Shown here piece after piece: positions 1-12,679 of a stretch of 64,000 nt of DNA. Source of the stretch: the human T2T-CHM13v2.0 reference genome, Homo sapiens. The position numbers were made by a program, and so were the translations under genes. Below the pieces are notes generated by a model. That model worked only from the letters and a program-made list of their open reading frames with translations. It made no database searches and was not told the DNA's origin. Location of the stretch: the NCBI RefSeq assembly GCF_009914755.1, contig NC_060925.1; one strand, written 5' to 3'. Every line of letters starts with the position of its first letter. Positions within the stretch are counted from its first letter, which is position 1.

Positions 1-3000
1 TTCATCTCTAAAATTTTTATTAAATTGAAGTTAAAGAGGGATCTAGAGACCATTACTCCAGCTTTTAACTGTGGGTTCCTTTCCTGCTTTCATTTTACTG
101 ATGAGAAAACTGAGGCCTGGGAAGTGAGATGACCTTTCCAACGTTCACTTAGACAACTGTCTGTAATGGTGACCAATGATTTGCTACCTTTGAGGTAAAA
201 TATTTATTAAGGGAAAAAAAACTGGGATGAGAGACATTTGGAAACAGGGCAGAGGGTAGGTTTAATGAGAAGTCTGCTGTCTAAACCATCTATCTTGCCT
301 ATATAACCCAACCTCTCATCTGAACATCAGCTTGTGGACGTGGATGTTGCATAAATGGAGACAGGCAGGTGCTTCATGGTAAAGAAATGAAAGTAGTTGG
401 GGGTGAGAGGGACTAAGGAAAGGGGTCAAGGAGGGCAAAAAACAAGCGAGTATTCTTTTGTTTTAGAAGAAGAATATTTTTGCAAATAAGAGTGAAGAGT
501 GAAAATCCTGGGTTCTGATTTCAATTTTGTCATCGAAGTTAAGCAAATCTCTTCAGCTTCCTGGGTCTGTTTTCTTTCCTACAAAATGAAGGTTATGGCT
601 CATTTCTAAGGTCTTTTGCCAGTGACATTGGGCTGCAAAAGTGTAAGATGATTTGCATCCTCTGGCACCTGCACACTTCTGCCACTAAACTTCGTAATAA
701 CATAAGCCTCCTTGTGCTTATTTGTTTGTGTGAAGCCAAAGCTATTTGAGAAAGTGGTTTCCCAGTCATTCGTGGCTCTAGTGGCACATGGCACCTCACT
801 GGAAAAGGGGCGTCATACCTCTCATAGGGTTGTAAAGGATCAAGAAGTGGGCCAAGTAGGAACCGATTCCCTCCTTCCCTGATATCTGATGACCACTGAA
901 CTGCAGAACTTAATGCTGACTTAAATACAGCCTTTTGTTTTGGCATTAAGCTATAGATGTTTCCCAAGAAGGTTTTAAAACTCTTAGACAATCACTAGAA
1001 ATTAAAATGGGCAGGACCAATAGAGTCAGTGCCTACTGAAAAGGAATCAGAAACCCAGAAAAGTCATGCCTTGCTCAAGTCCACTGCCAGTTAATGCCAA
1101 AGCTCTGCCCTGCTCACTCCACACACAGCACACCCTCAAAGGAGGAGCAGAACTAGTTCCTTCTTTCTTCCTGTTCTCAGGAAAGGGAGGCCATGCCTTC
1201 TCACTTCCTCTTCACCCTGCCCTAGGAGCTGGAAATCCCAGAGGACAGAGTCCATATGCACTGCAACTGCCTCTCTCCTCCTTCTGGGATCCCAGGAGCT
1301 ATGATACAAGACTTTAGGATGCCCCTCAGCAGCCCCTTCTCTGCAGCACTGAGCACGACCACCTTGTAACCACCTTGCTTCCTAACATTCACACAAGCCC
1401 GTGAATCTTACAAGAGCCTTCATGTTTGTCATTTTGTTTGATTTGATTTTCCCACACCTCATACCTGCATCTTTCCACTGCACAGATGAGAGCAAGATCA
1501 AGAATACCTATAGGGCTTGGTCTAGGCTGCAGCAGCATTGAACAGTGGCTGTATCAGTCCAGTGAATCTCAGGCTGTGAAGTCATGTCTGTGATTTCTAC
1601 CTACTCTATTAACTTCAACACAGAAAGCAGTAGAGCTGCTTCAGGTGAAACCTTGAGGTGACCCTCATTTCAGACATTCACTAATGCTACCCCTAACAAG
1701 AGAAATGTCTAGCCAGATACTTTTCCAGCCCCTTGACAAAGTGAATTAGCTTTTCCAAGGTCACACACTGTCCCTTCCCTCACCCAACAAAGCCAGGTAC
1801 AGTCGACATTGCCTGATTTGCAGCAGTGGTGGAAACTCTGACTTATAGTTGCAAAGTCCTTGGCAGAGAATCTGCTTAACTCTGAGCCTTTGTTGAATGT
1901 ACCATCTTACCCTAGCATAACATGTGAAGCCTTGACATGAAGTTCCCCCCTGTCCACCTCCCATCCCTTGCAGCCCCAGGGGCCAAATCCTTAAAGTCAT
2001 ACATACAGTTGGCAAAATAATTCACCCCAAGCAGGTTGGACAGGCAGGAAACAAAATCAGCCTTCACCTTCGCCCTTAAATGGTGTTGGAATGTGTAAGC
2101 ATCTCTACCTCTCTCATATCTGTCTCCCCAGCATTGAGCACTATGCCTGGAACATGCCACTCAGCTGAGGGGTGAACTTCTCAGGGTCTCTGCTCTTAAT
2201 GAGTCACAGCCTTGGGGTCTGGGGAAGGCCAGTCATACACAGATGGTATCAGAACACCCAGGCAGAACCACTCCCTACTTCAGCCCTTGATGCTTTCAGA
2301 AAAGCATCTCAGTGGAGTGTCTTCAGTGAATAAAAAGAATGCATGGAACTGCTTCCAGTGATTCCCTAGTCTCTAGAAACAGGGGCCTGTCAATTCTTTC
2401 ACTTGTGTTGAACATCTTCAACACATCTGGAATGCCAGCTTGAACACCGCACAAACACTGATACCTTTTTCAAACTTCTTAAACAGAGGGAAACATGGTA
2501 TATGGAACAACTTGCCACCCACCTCACTGGCTTCCAAAGCTAAGCAATCCCGGCTGCCGGATTGAGGTAGGGCACCCACTGGATGCAGAGAGCACTGAGA
2601 AAATGGCCTGGATCTCATGGCAGCAGCTGGAAATTGAAACCCATTGGAATGTGCTTTGGGTTAGTGAACATGACCTTGAAACCACAGTCTGGCAGCAGAA
2701 AACTGCAGGGCACTTGTGGCTGTGACAATGAGACCGAGGAGCAAAGACTAGACAATTCATGCTGGAGACTGGCCAAGTATGCTCCTCCCCTCCCACCAGG
2801 GGCAGAGAGGATGGAAATTATGTGATTGCCAAGGGCAGCTGAGAAAACAAGTCATGCCTGGGGTTTTGCTTTGTTAAGAGAGCTGAGTTGGGGGAATAAA
2901 GATCTGAGAGAAGCAGAAGAAGGCTGACTCTGAGTGGTGAAGACGGTGAAGGCCAGCAGCAGCCTTCCACACCTATTCCATTGTCATCTGATGGACAGCC

Positions 3001-3434
3001 AAGACAGGCACTTTTCCTGGCTCTTACTTATGATATTGTCTTCACTATTTGGAGCAGTTGTGTGAAAGGTGGCCTACCAGGAGCAGACAAAGCCTGATGT
3101 ACCTTGCACTGCCCTTTGCCTCCATAATTCTGGTGAAGGAGAGGATTTGAGCCTTATGTATTATACTTACTGTAATCCCCAAGAAAGAAAGGGGGTCCCT
3201 AATTGGTCCTAAAGAGTTCTCACCCTCTTTGCCCATTAAAATCACCCAGGGAGTTTCTACAAAATTACAGGTACTTAGGCCTCATTTCAAGTAAGTGCTC
3301 TCTACATTTAAAAGACAAACAGAAAAGCTCTCCAAGGTTAAGAAAATCTATTGCTTAAACTAATCAAACCTCAAAAATTCCATGGCAATCAGGTACAGTT
3401 TCTTTAATTGGAATGTGGGCAGAGGCTCACTCAC
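1..3434 (+). repeat. Segmental duplication block, copy 1 (truncated by window start); paralogous to 30920-34430
   Basis: Position 1 TTCATCTCTAAAATTTTTATTAAATTGAAGTT matches 30920. Colinear match continues to GTGGGCAGAGGCTCACTCAC (~3434) vs GTGGGCAGAGGCCCACTCAC (~34430). Paired spurious ORFs confirm it (1066/32047, 606/31581, 2583/33586). Confidence 0.97.
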
Positions 3435-3451
3435 ATCAAAGATAGAGATAG

Positions 3452-3747
3452 TTGAGCATGAAGGTTCACGACTATAGTCTCAGCACTCTGGGTGGCCGAG
3501 CAGGAGGATCACTGGAGCCTAGGATTTGAAGACCACCCTGGGCAACATAGGGAGACCCCATCTCTACAGAATTAAAAATTTGTTAAAAGTCTAGCCAGGC
3601 ATGGTGGTGCATACCTGTGGTCCTAGACACTCCCGAGACTGAGGTAGGAGAATCTCTTGGGCTGGGAAGTTGAAGATCGCACCACTGCACAACAGTACTC
3701 TGGGTAACAGAGCAAGACCCTGCCTCATAAAAACAAACAAAAAAAGA
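3452..3747 (+). mobile_element. Old Alu (AluJ-like)
   Basis: Dimeric Alu (CAGCACTCTGGGTGGCCGAG, GGAGGATCACTGGAGCC, GGGCAACATAGGGAGACCCCATCTCTAC, ACAGAGCAAGACCCTG) with A-rich tail; heavily diverged. Confidence 0.9.
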
Positions 3748-3789
3748 AGGTTAGAGAAAAAAAAGTCTCTCTCTAAATGAATAGCTTCA

Positions 3790-4430
3790 GCATTGGCTTT
3801 TCCAATGTCTCTCTTGCTGCTTACCAAACTGTGTTCTCCATATAACAGCCTGAGAGATTTTTTAAAGTAAACTCAAATCCTATGTCTCACCTATATAAAA
3901 CCTTTCTGGGGCTTCCCATTCCATTTACTATAGACTCTAAACTGATCTCCAGCTCTCCCGGGCACCACATGATCTGCTCATCCTTCCAACTCGTGTCCTC
4001 ATCACTCTCTCTTTTACTCACAGTGTCCCAGCCAGATTGGCCTCCCTTCAATTCCATAAACACGCAAGACTTTCTTGCCTCCGGATCTTCACATCTATCA
4101 TTCCGTTTACATAAAATGATGTTCCTCATCTTCTAATGGTTGGCTCTCTATTGACATGTAGATCTCAGCTGAATTGTCATTGCCCTAATGAGTTGAAACA
4201 TCCCTGACCATCCTCTCCCAAAAACAATCTGCTTCACTCGTCACATCACACTGTTTCTCCCCTCCTAGCTGTTACCACAACCTGCAACTAACTTATCAGT
4301 TGTCTATTTTGTTGTTTATCTGTACCTGCATAGGGACCTTAGACCATCTTGCTTCCTGCTACATTCCCAAGAGCCTAGAATCATGTCCAATGTCATAGAG
4401 GGCCCCATAAATATTTATTAAATAACCGAA
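3790..4430 (+). mobile_element. L2 LINE 3' fragment
   Basis: Pyrimidine-rich L2-like text ending in CCTAGAATC...ATAAATATTTATTAAATAA, resembling the L2 3' terminus. Confidence 0.6.
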
Positions 4431-4905
4431 GGCAAAGCTGGATCAAAATACATCATCACATCTGGAGAATTATAGCAGTCAGAGGAGGAAAACAGTGAGT
4501 TAGGATGGAAGCCAGCAGAATGGGTCACTACCTAAACCAACAGACGTGAAAAGTCTTCTATCATTCCTTGACTGGACACTTTCCTGCATGAACCCACGCC
4601 ACAGTGCAGGTTCACTTTTGCCCAGATTAACCCCCAGAGTCAAGGGCTGGGTCAAGGAAACATTTGCATGGAACACTCCAAAAGAGAAACAGTCCCATAG
4701 CAGTCTCCCTGGTAATAACTTTTCAGACCTATTTGCTTAACCAAAATATACATATAGTGCCTTCACCACCCAAATATTTAGAAAGGGAAAATGAAGTATC
4801 GTCATATAGCTCTGCTTGCCTATAACTGCAATTCAGATCCCAAAATTAAAAAGAAGTGAACACCCAACCTTTCAAAACAGCAGTCCCTTTAAATAAAATA
4901 GTTCG

Positions 4906-5240
<335 letters not shown>

Positions 5241-5875
5241 TCAAAGAATTCCCATTGATTCTTCTCAGAACAAAAGATCTTAATAGGGCAGATCAGTAAC
5301 GACTGAAACAGCCAGTAGCTTATAATTTTTTGCACATACTGTCCAAAACTATGGAACTTTGCACTCTGGACAGAAGAGCTATACCTATAAAAATTTCCCA
5401 ACAGAAATCATACTCTCTATCTATGAAACAGTGCAGCAAAGTTAAATCAGTTGAAAGGAAAAAAACCACGTGTCATTAGAATACTTGGAAGAGTAGTGGA
5501 TACTTTGGAGAATTGTGGTCATTGAAGAGAAGCACAGAAGGTTAAATCGGATGAAATTTTATTGGGTTGGTAAAAAGAAAAGGGAAATTGACCATGCTCC
5601 CAGAGTGAGGCCTTAACTTTTTATTTAGGTGTCAAATTGGCTGCTGCACTGGTGGGCTGATAATTTGAGGCCAAGGAGGGGCCTTTAATCCAGCAGCAAG
5701 GATGGAGTGCTTGTGCTGAAAGTTTAGGGAAATACTAAGAAAGCACATGTCTAGGGGTGACTGTCTGGCTGACACAGCAGTCACAGTTGCATTGTGGAAC
5801 AGGATGCCTAGATGACCACAGGCCTTGAAGATTACTTTCAACACCCTGATTTGAGTGACTTGTAAAAAATGGAAG

Positions 5876-6255
5876 TGTCATGATTTAGTCTATTTGTGCT
5901 AGTACAACAAAATATATCAGATTAGAAAATGTACAAACAACAGAAACTTATTTCTCATGTTCCAGATGCCAGGAAGTGCATGATCAATGTGTCTGCAGGT
6001 TCCATGTCTGGTGGGAGCTCAGTGTCTCCTTCCAAGACAGCATCTTGTTGCTGCATTGCCTGTGTCCTCATGTGGCAGAAGAATGGAAAGGGTCAGCTAG
6101 TTTCCTCAAGCCCTTTTATGAGGTCACTAATCCCATTCACAAGGGCCCTGTCCTCATATACCAATCACTTCCTAAAGGCCCCAATTCTGAACACTATCAC
6201 ATTGGCAATTAAGTTTCAACATATGAATTTGGAAGGAACACATTCAGACCATACA
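5876..6255 (-). mobile_element. MaLR solo LTR (MST/MLT1A-like)
   Basis: TTAGTCTATTTGTGCT...AAACAACAGAAACTTATTTCTCA...TGTCCTCATGTGGCAGAA...CACTAATCCCATTCA...AAGTTTCAACATATGAATTT...ACATTCAGACCATA are typical of a reverse-oriented MaLR LTR. Confidence 0.75.
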
Positions 6256-7679
6256 ATTTCACAAGATCAAGAAGGAATACAGGACAAAGGTGAATTTGGT
6301 ATAGCCTAACTCATGCACTGCTGCAAGGGACTTTGGGAATATTTTTTACTTTGAGTCAGAGGGCAAAAACCAGAGACAAGAAAGAACAGAGGAGCAAAGG
6401 AAAGCCTAAAATATTCATTGTCATGACCTAGGATGTTACAGGATTTTGTGGCACACGGACTGATGTCTATTCTGTGCAATTCACTGACCTCCAAGAAAAG
6501 TAGCAGAAAGAGAGTTTTCAGATAAGAGTTTCAGGGACCCTGGAAACAAGTTAATATTAACTAGCCCAGTTCTTCACCAGGAAATGAGAAAGGAGATATC
6601 TTTATTTTGGTCATATTGGATAGTTTTAGTAGATACTTGGAGACTTTCTCAATAAAGTACTACAGAGCTAAATGAATGACAGTGATTAATGTCTAAGAAA
6701 TTGTCTCTTACTCAGGGGTCTTCAAGAACACGGCCTCAGACAGTGGGCAGACTCATGAGACAGCTGTCCCACCAGGCACATCCCACAGCAAATGACCAAA
6801 TCTAGGCAGACTTTGCTCTCCTCTGGCCTGTTCCCCAACCCTAATAGCCTTGTCATCCATCAAGAGTCAGCCTCATGGACAGTGGGACTTGGTATGCTTT
6901 CTTGAAGTGTACTCTCTGGAATTTCACTTCCAGATCGTAGAACTGTTCTGTAGATACCACCTTTCTCAGCCCCCTTCTATTTGTGTTAAGTTTATAATTG
7001 TAGTCTCATGATTCTCCTCACATCAGAAAAAGATAAGAACATTTTAGTGCTAAATTGTTCCTTGTGGATAAGTAAATAAATAAATAAATCCTTGAAGGTA
7101 AGACTTGAAATCAGAGAAAACATAAGATCCAAACACCCAATCACGGTCTTGTAAATCAATTTTTTTTCATGCTTTTATGCTGGTTAGTGATCAAGTTGCA
7201 AAATTTCCCAAAGTTGCCTTTATCACAGGCACTTCAATGCAAGCGTAGTGGCCAGCTTAAGGTCATCTCTTCGACCCTGAAATCACCAGCTGAAGACTTG
7301 TGGGAGTCAATAGAGATTGGTTTGGGGTAAGAGTAAAACAAATCACATGAGCATATGGTATTAAAGCAATTTGGTATACAGACAACGACATTAGCTTACT
7401 TTACAAGAAAAGGTAGTAGAAGCTCTCTTTGTATGCATCTACCTGGTGATAACTGTGCTCCTGGACACAAATGTGTGTAATTTTTTAAGTTGCATCTGGC
7501 TCAGGGGCTACATCAAAAATTCCAAGGGAAATGAGCAAGAATCTTATCAAGATACTACCAAAAGGCTGTTCTCCATTGCTTAGAAATATGGGAAAAGGAA
7601 TGTCCACAGTAAACTGAAGAGATGCATACGAAATCTCAGAAGGAATCTCTTAACTCCTAAAAATGTCTTACACGTGGAA

Positions 7680-8610
7680 TGCAATCTGATACAAATATAG
7701 GCAACAGACATGAACAGACACCCACCAAATAAGATATATAAATTATAAGAAAGCGTATGAAAAGATACTCAACATCATATGTCATTAGAGAATTGCAACC
7801 TAACACAAAAATGAGATACCACTGCACACCCATTAGAATGGTGAAAATCCTTAACACTGACAACTAATGCTAGCAAGAATGTGGAGCATCAGGAATGCTC
7901 ATCCATTGCTGGTGGGGATGCAAAATGGTACCGACACTTTGTAAGGCAGTTTGACAGTTTCTTATAAAACTAAACATATTCTTACCATATAATCCAGCAA
8001 TTATGCTTCACTGTATTTACACAAATAAATTGGAAACTTACATCCACACAAAAACCTACTTCTAGGTTAGATCTTTATAGCAGTTTTATTCATGATTATC
8101 AAAACCTGGAAGCAGCCAATTTGTCCTTCAATAGTTCAATGGATAATGAAATATTATTCAGTGCTAAAAGAAAAAAAAGTGCTATCAAGCCATGAAAAGA
8201 CATGGAGGAAGCTTAAATGTATATTACTAAATGCAAGAAGTCGACATGAACAGGCTACATACAGTGTGATTCCAACTATCTGACCCTGTCAGAGTCAGGG
8301 TGCACAGAGGGATTGACAGACAGAAGCAGATTTTTAGGGCAGATGACACTAAAATGGTGGTTATATATCAGAATACATTGGTCAAAACTAAGAATGTGCA
8401 AGACCAAGAGTAAACTGTGAACTTTGAGTGATAAAGATGTGTCAATGCAGATCAATGATTGTAATAAATGTACCATGTGGTGCAGAATGGTGATAGATGG
8501 GGAGTCTGTGTATGTGTGGGAGTGGGAGTATATGAGAACTGTCTGCACTTGCCCTCAACTTTGTTGTGAAGCTAAAACTATCATAGAAAATAAAGTCCAT
8601 TTTAAAAACT
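7680..8610 (+). mobile_element. L1 3' fragment (L1MC/MB-like)
   Basis: ORF2 C-terminal remnant and 3'UTR motifs (ATGAGATACCAC..CACCCATTAGAATGG, GCTATCAAGCCATGAAAAGACATGGAGGAA, TGTGAAGCTAAAACT). Confidence 0.85.
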
Positions 8611-9074
8611 AAATGAGATAACATACGTAAAGCACCTGATACATAGTAAAGGGCTCAATTAATATATTAGAGCTCATATGCAGAGCTTTCTTTGTGCAAG
8701 GAGATGTGCCATATGACATCTTGGTCTGATTTCAACTGATTATTCCTTAAAATAAATATCTGGAGTGGACTCGTATGGATGGGTCAAGTGTGTGAAAATT
8801 TAAAATATTTTGTCAGATACTCACCAGAAATTTGCATAAACTTACACTTCCACGGATAACACACCTGTCTCCCCACATCTTCACCAACACTTAGTAACTT
8901 CAGTGAATCTAATATTTGCTAAACCACTTGTGGTTTTCAAACTGAGTTTAATGAAGGGCTAATGTTCTTTGTAATGCAAGAGAAATCCCCAAGAAAAGAA
9001 AGCAGCTTGTTAAAAATATGTCAGTCTACCTATTTTCTTCTTAAACATTGGAGTTCCAAGAGCTCTTGACTTGA

Positions 9075-9460
9075 CTGGCACAAAGTTCCAGTTTCATCTG
9101 AGGACTCAACTGGGGAAATATCTACTTTCAAGCTCACTTTCATAGTTGTTGGAAAATTCACTTCCTCGAAGCATATTGGACTGGGAACCTCAGTTCCCCT
9201 TTGACTGTTGGCTGCCCTCAGTTCATTACTATATTGTCCTGTCCAGCATGGCAGGTTGCTTCATCCAGCCCAATGAGAAAGAGGAAGTGTAAAACAAGAT
9301 GGAAGTCACAATCTTTTCTAACCTAATCATGGAAGTAATATTCCATCATTTTGGTCCAATTATACTGATTAAAAGCAAGTTACTAGGTTCAGCACACACA
9401 CAAGGGAATGAATACCAGGAAGCAGAGATCACTGGATTCAACTTAGAGGCTGGCTACCAT
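9075..9460. mobile_element. Old MLT1-type LTR fragment
   Basis: TCCAGTTTCATCTGAGGACTC, AAGCTCACTT, GGAAGTCACAATCTTTTCTAACCTAATCATGGAAGT, GGCTGGCTACCA resemble MLT1. Confidence 0.5.
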
Positions 9461-11156
9461 ACCATCATTGTCAGACTCCAGAGGAAATGGTTGAGTGACA
9501 TCTATGTGATCTCCCCCAAAAATAACTGACAAACAGAATTCAGTAAGAAATAAAAAAGACATTTTGCTAAAGCCTCCTCCTTTCTCACTTTGAAGGTCTT
9601 GCCTGGAAAGACAGCCAAGTTGAGCTCATATAACCCAAAAGCTCTGGCCCTAGTTCTCCCTGTATGGTGGAGGGGATGGCCCATTGTTCTTTACTTCTGA
9701 AAACTGGCTCTTCAAGTACACTTCAAATACCTAGGATCCTACTCATATCCGTGCTATAGATGAGAAGAAAATTGCTTCTCCTTGGCAAACAGCTTTGGCC
9801 TGGGCAATGATTCCAGCCTCTCATTACTATGGGAAACTTTCTAGTATTTTCATTTTTGTGGTCACTGTTCTCTTCTATTTCCTTCTTTGTATTAGTCTAT
9901 AAGCACTAACTTTCAGAAGCACTAAGACATTCTAGAGTCTTGATTGTTCACTCATCCTTCCATTTCTTTATTCAATAAGCATGTATTAAGTTCCTATGAT
10001 GTGTCAGATGTTGTGCAAATTCTTATGGTAATAAAACGATGTATGAGACATAAACACTTTATTTAGTCAAACACTCAACAATGTTTGAACATTTGCTCTG
10101 TACAAGGTGCTAAGGATCAATAAAGGAGTAGTCCAGTTTAAGACAACACAACAAAAACAAACTCTTCACTCCACTGGCTGTAACACCTTTTTACTGAGAT
10201 CTTCATGGCACAACTTCTTGAACAGGTGTTGTTTTTAAGAGTCGCTCTCTTCACATTTTTCTTCTATTCCTCAACACACAAATGAATTGTGTGTTGGACT
10301 TTCCAGTTGAACTTTCAACCCAACTATTTGTGGAAATTGCTCTTACCAAATTACTTACAATGTTGCCAAAATCAATAATCAATTATTTTCCTATTGCATT
10401 TGATCAGCAGCATCCAACATAGTGAACCAAACTCTTCTTGAAACACTTTCTTCAACTTGACTTTTACAAGGCCATCTCCTTGTAATTTTTCTCCCTCCTG
10501 CCACCAACTCCTACTCAGCATATTTAGCTGGCCCCTCCTTCTCTGTTCAACTTGTAAATATTGATATGTGTATTCCAGGATTCAGTCCGGAAACTTTCCC
10601 TATTATCCATGAATATTCTTATAACTTATTTCGTCTAGTCATGTGCCTTTAAAACTTATTCTGTGCTACTCATGACCTCTCTAGGACTCAAGCACAAGGG
10701 GTGTAATTATCCTAAAATAAGCCAGGAGTTTAGTAAGCTGGCCAAGAAGAGGGATTTTCCTTTTCCCAGCATGAGAGACTGTGCCTAGTACAGCTCCCTG
10801 CAAAATGGGTGGCTTTCTCCCCTAAAAAAAGGGAAACCCTTTGCATGAGCCCCAAGGACTCTAGATGCTAGGCAGGTGATTTTTCCAGACAATCTTGTGA
10901 ACATCTGGAACCTAAATCTAGACTGTTTCACACCAACAGCCTGTGTGTTCCTCCACTGATAAAGCTGCATCCTTGTGCTCACATGATAAAAAATTATAAC
11001 AAGGGAGACTATTGTTCCTACACTGGAATGCAGACTCCCATTGTGAGCCCAGCATTTCCTGACCATTTATGCATCAGTATTAAATAGGAGGATGGAGAAA
11101 TCATGCTGTCTATTTTTTTGCTGATCAGTAATCTTTGTGAGCTTTCCTAATACCGC

Positions 11157-12453
11157 TTTTTTTTTTCTGAGCATAGACAGGGGACTTTATTGGTGGTACA
11201 CGACAAGGTGGGGTTCCCTAGGCCCCTCCCTCTTCAGGGGGTCTGCATGGAAACTGCATGGAGGGGAGAATCTCAGTGTGGTGGGGGACTGAGTGTGGCA
11301 GGGACTCCCCAGCAGCTGAGGGCCTCTCTTTTCCTCTCATGCTCTCGCGGGGCTGGTGGCCCAGAGGTCTTACTCCTTGGAGGCTATGTGAGCCATGAGG
11401 TTCACCATCCTGTTGCTGTACCCAAATTCATTATCATATGAGAAAATGAGCTTAACAAAGTGGTCACTGAGGGCAATGCCAGTCCCAGGATTGAAGGTGG
11501 AAGAGTGGGTGTCAATGGTTAAGCTGGAGGAGGCAACCTGGTTCTCAGTGTTGCACAGGATGCCCTTATGGGGGCCTTCTGATGCTGCTTCACCACCTGC
11601 TTGATGTTATCATATTTGGCATGCTTTTCCTGAGGGCAGGTCAGGTTCATGACCAACATGTTCGTGGTGGGGACCTGGAATGCCATGCTAGTGATCTTCC
11701 CATGCAGCTCATTGATATACTTGCCCACAGCCTTGAGAGTGCCAGTAGATGCAAGGATGATGTTCCTTTGAGCCCTGCAGCTGTCATGCCACAGTTTCAC
11801 AGAGGGGCCGTCCACAGTCTTCTGGGTGGCAATCATAGCATTTACTGTGGTCATGAGTCCTTCCACTAAATCGGAGTTGTCATGGATGATCTTGGCCAGA
11901 GATGCTAAGCAGTTGGTGGTACAAGAAACACTGTTGATGATCTTGAGGCTGTTGTTATATTTCTCATGGTTCATACCCATCACAAACATGGGGCTGTCAG
12001 CAGAGGGGTTAGAGATGATGATCCATTTAACTGGCCCCTACAAATGAGCCACACACTTCTCCATGGTAGTGAAGACGACACTGGAGTCTATGATGTACTT
12101 GGTGCCAGCATTGTCCTATTTGATTTTGGTGGGATTTAGCTTTTGGAAGATCGTGGTGGGATTTCCATTGATGACAAGCTTCCTGTTCTCAGCCTTTACG
12201 GTGCCATGGAATTCACCACGGGTGGAATCATACTGGAATACATAGACCATGTAGTATGGAATTTGTAGACTATGAAGGGGTCATTGATGGTGACAATATC
12301 CACTTTACCAGTTATAAGTAGCCTTGGTAACCAGGCAACCAATGGGGCCAAATCCATTGACTCTGGCCTTCACCCTTACCATGGTGTCTCAGGGATGCGG
12401 CTGGCGCTGCACAAGAAGATGCGGCTATCTGTCGAATGGGAGGAGCAGAAAGC
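11157..12453 (-). pseudogene. GAPDHP33: GAPDH processed pseudogene (full-length retrocopy; probably GAPDHP33 by position)
   Basis: Intronless GAPDH 5'UTR (~12453-12383), ATG at 12382, stop TAA at 11372-11370, AATAAA at 11191-11186 and poly(A) remnant at 11157-11166. ORF 11519-11989 reads [11 protein letters not shown]...[14 protein letters not shown]...QKTVDGPS. Several frameshifts. The pseudogene number is from recall. Confidence 0.95.
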
Positions 12454-12679
12454 TACAGCATATTATTTAACCCATAGTTATCATATTGAGAAATTCTTCA
12501 CACACTCTGATGTCAATAGGTGGTGACTCGGGTGGGCACCACTTGACATAGCAGGCTGACATTCCCTGAGCATGTGGACAATTCAGTTGTCTCAGTGTCA
12601 CTTGTTTAAAAGACAATCTTTTTCCCTATTGAATTTGCTATTGTCAAAATCAATTGGCCATATGAATTTAGGCCATTAA

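Noticed and set aside
593-2825. Short ORFs repeated at 31581-33813 as a conserved gene pair
   Set aside because: Similarity reflects the DNA duplication; starts, stops and frames differ between copies and no domain is recognisable.
6300-7600. Possible ERV/MaLR internal remnant
   Set aside because: Too degraded to assign by eye; needs a Dfam search.
11519-11989. 156-aa GAPDH-like ORF as a functional protein
   Set aside because: Fragment between frameshifts of a retrocopy; it lacks the NAD-binding N-terminus, has many substitutions and ends out of frame.
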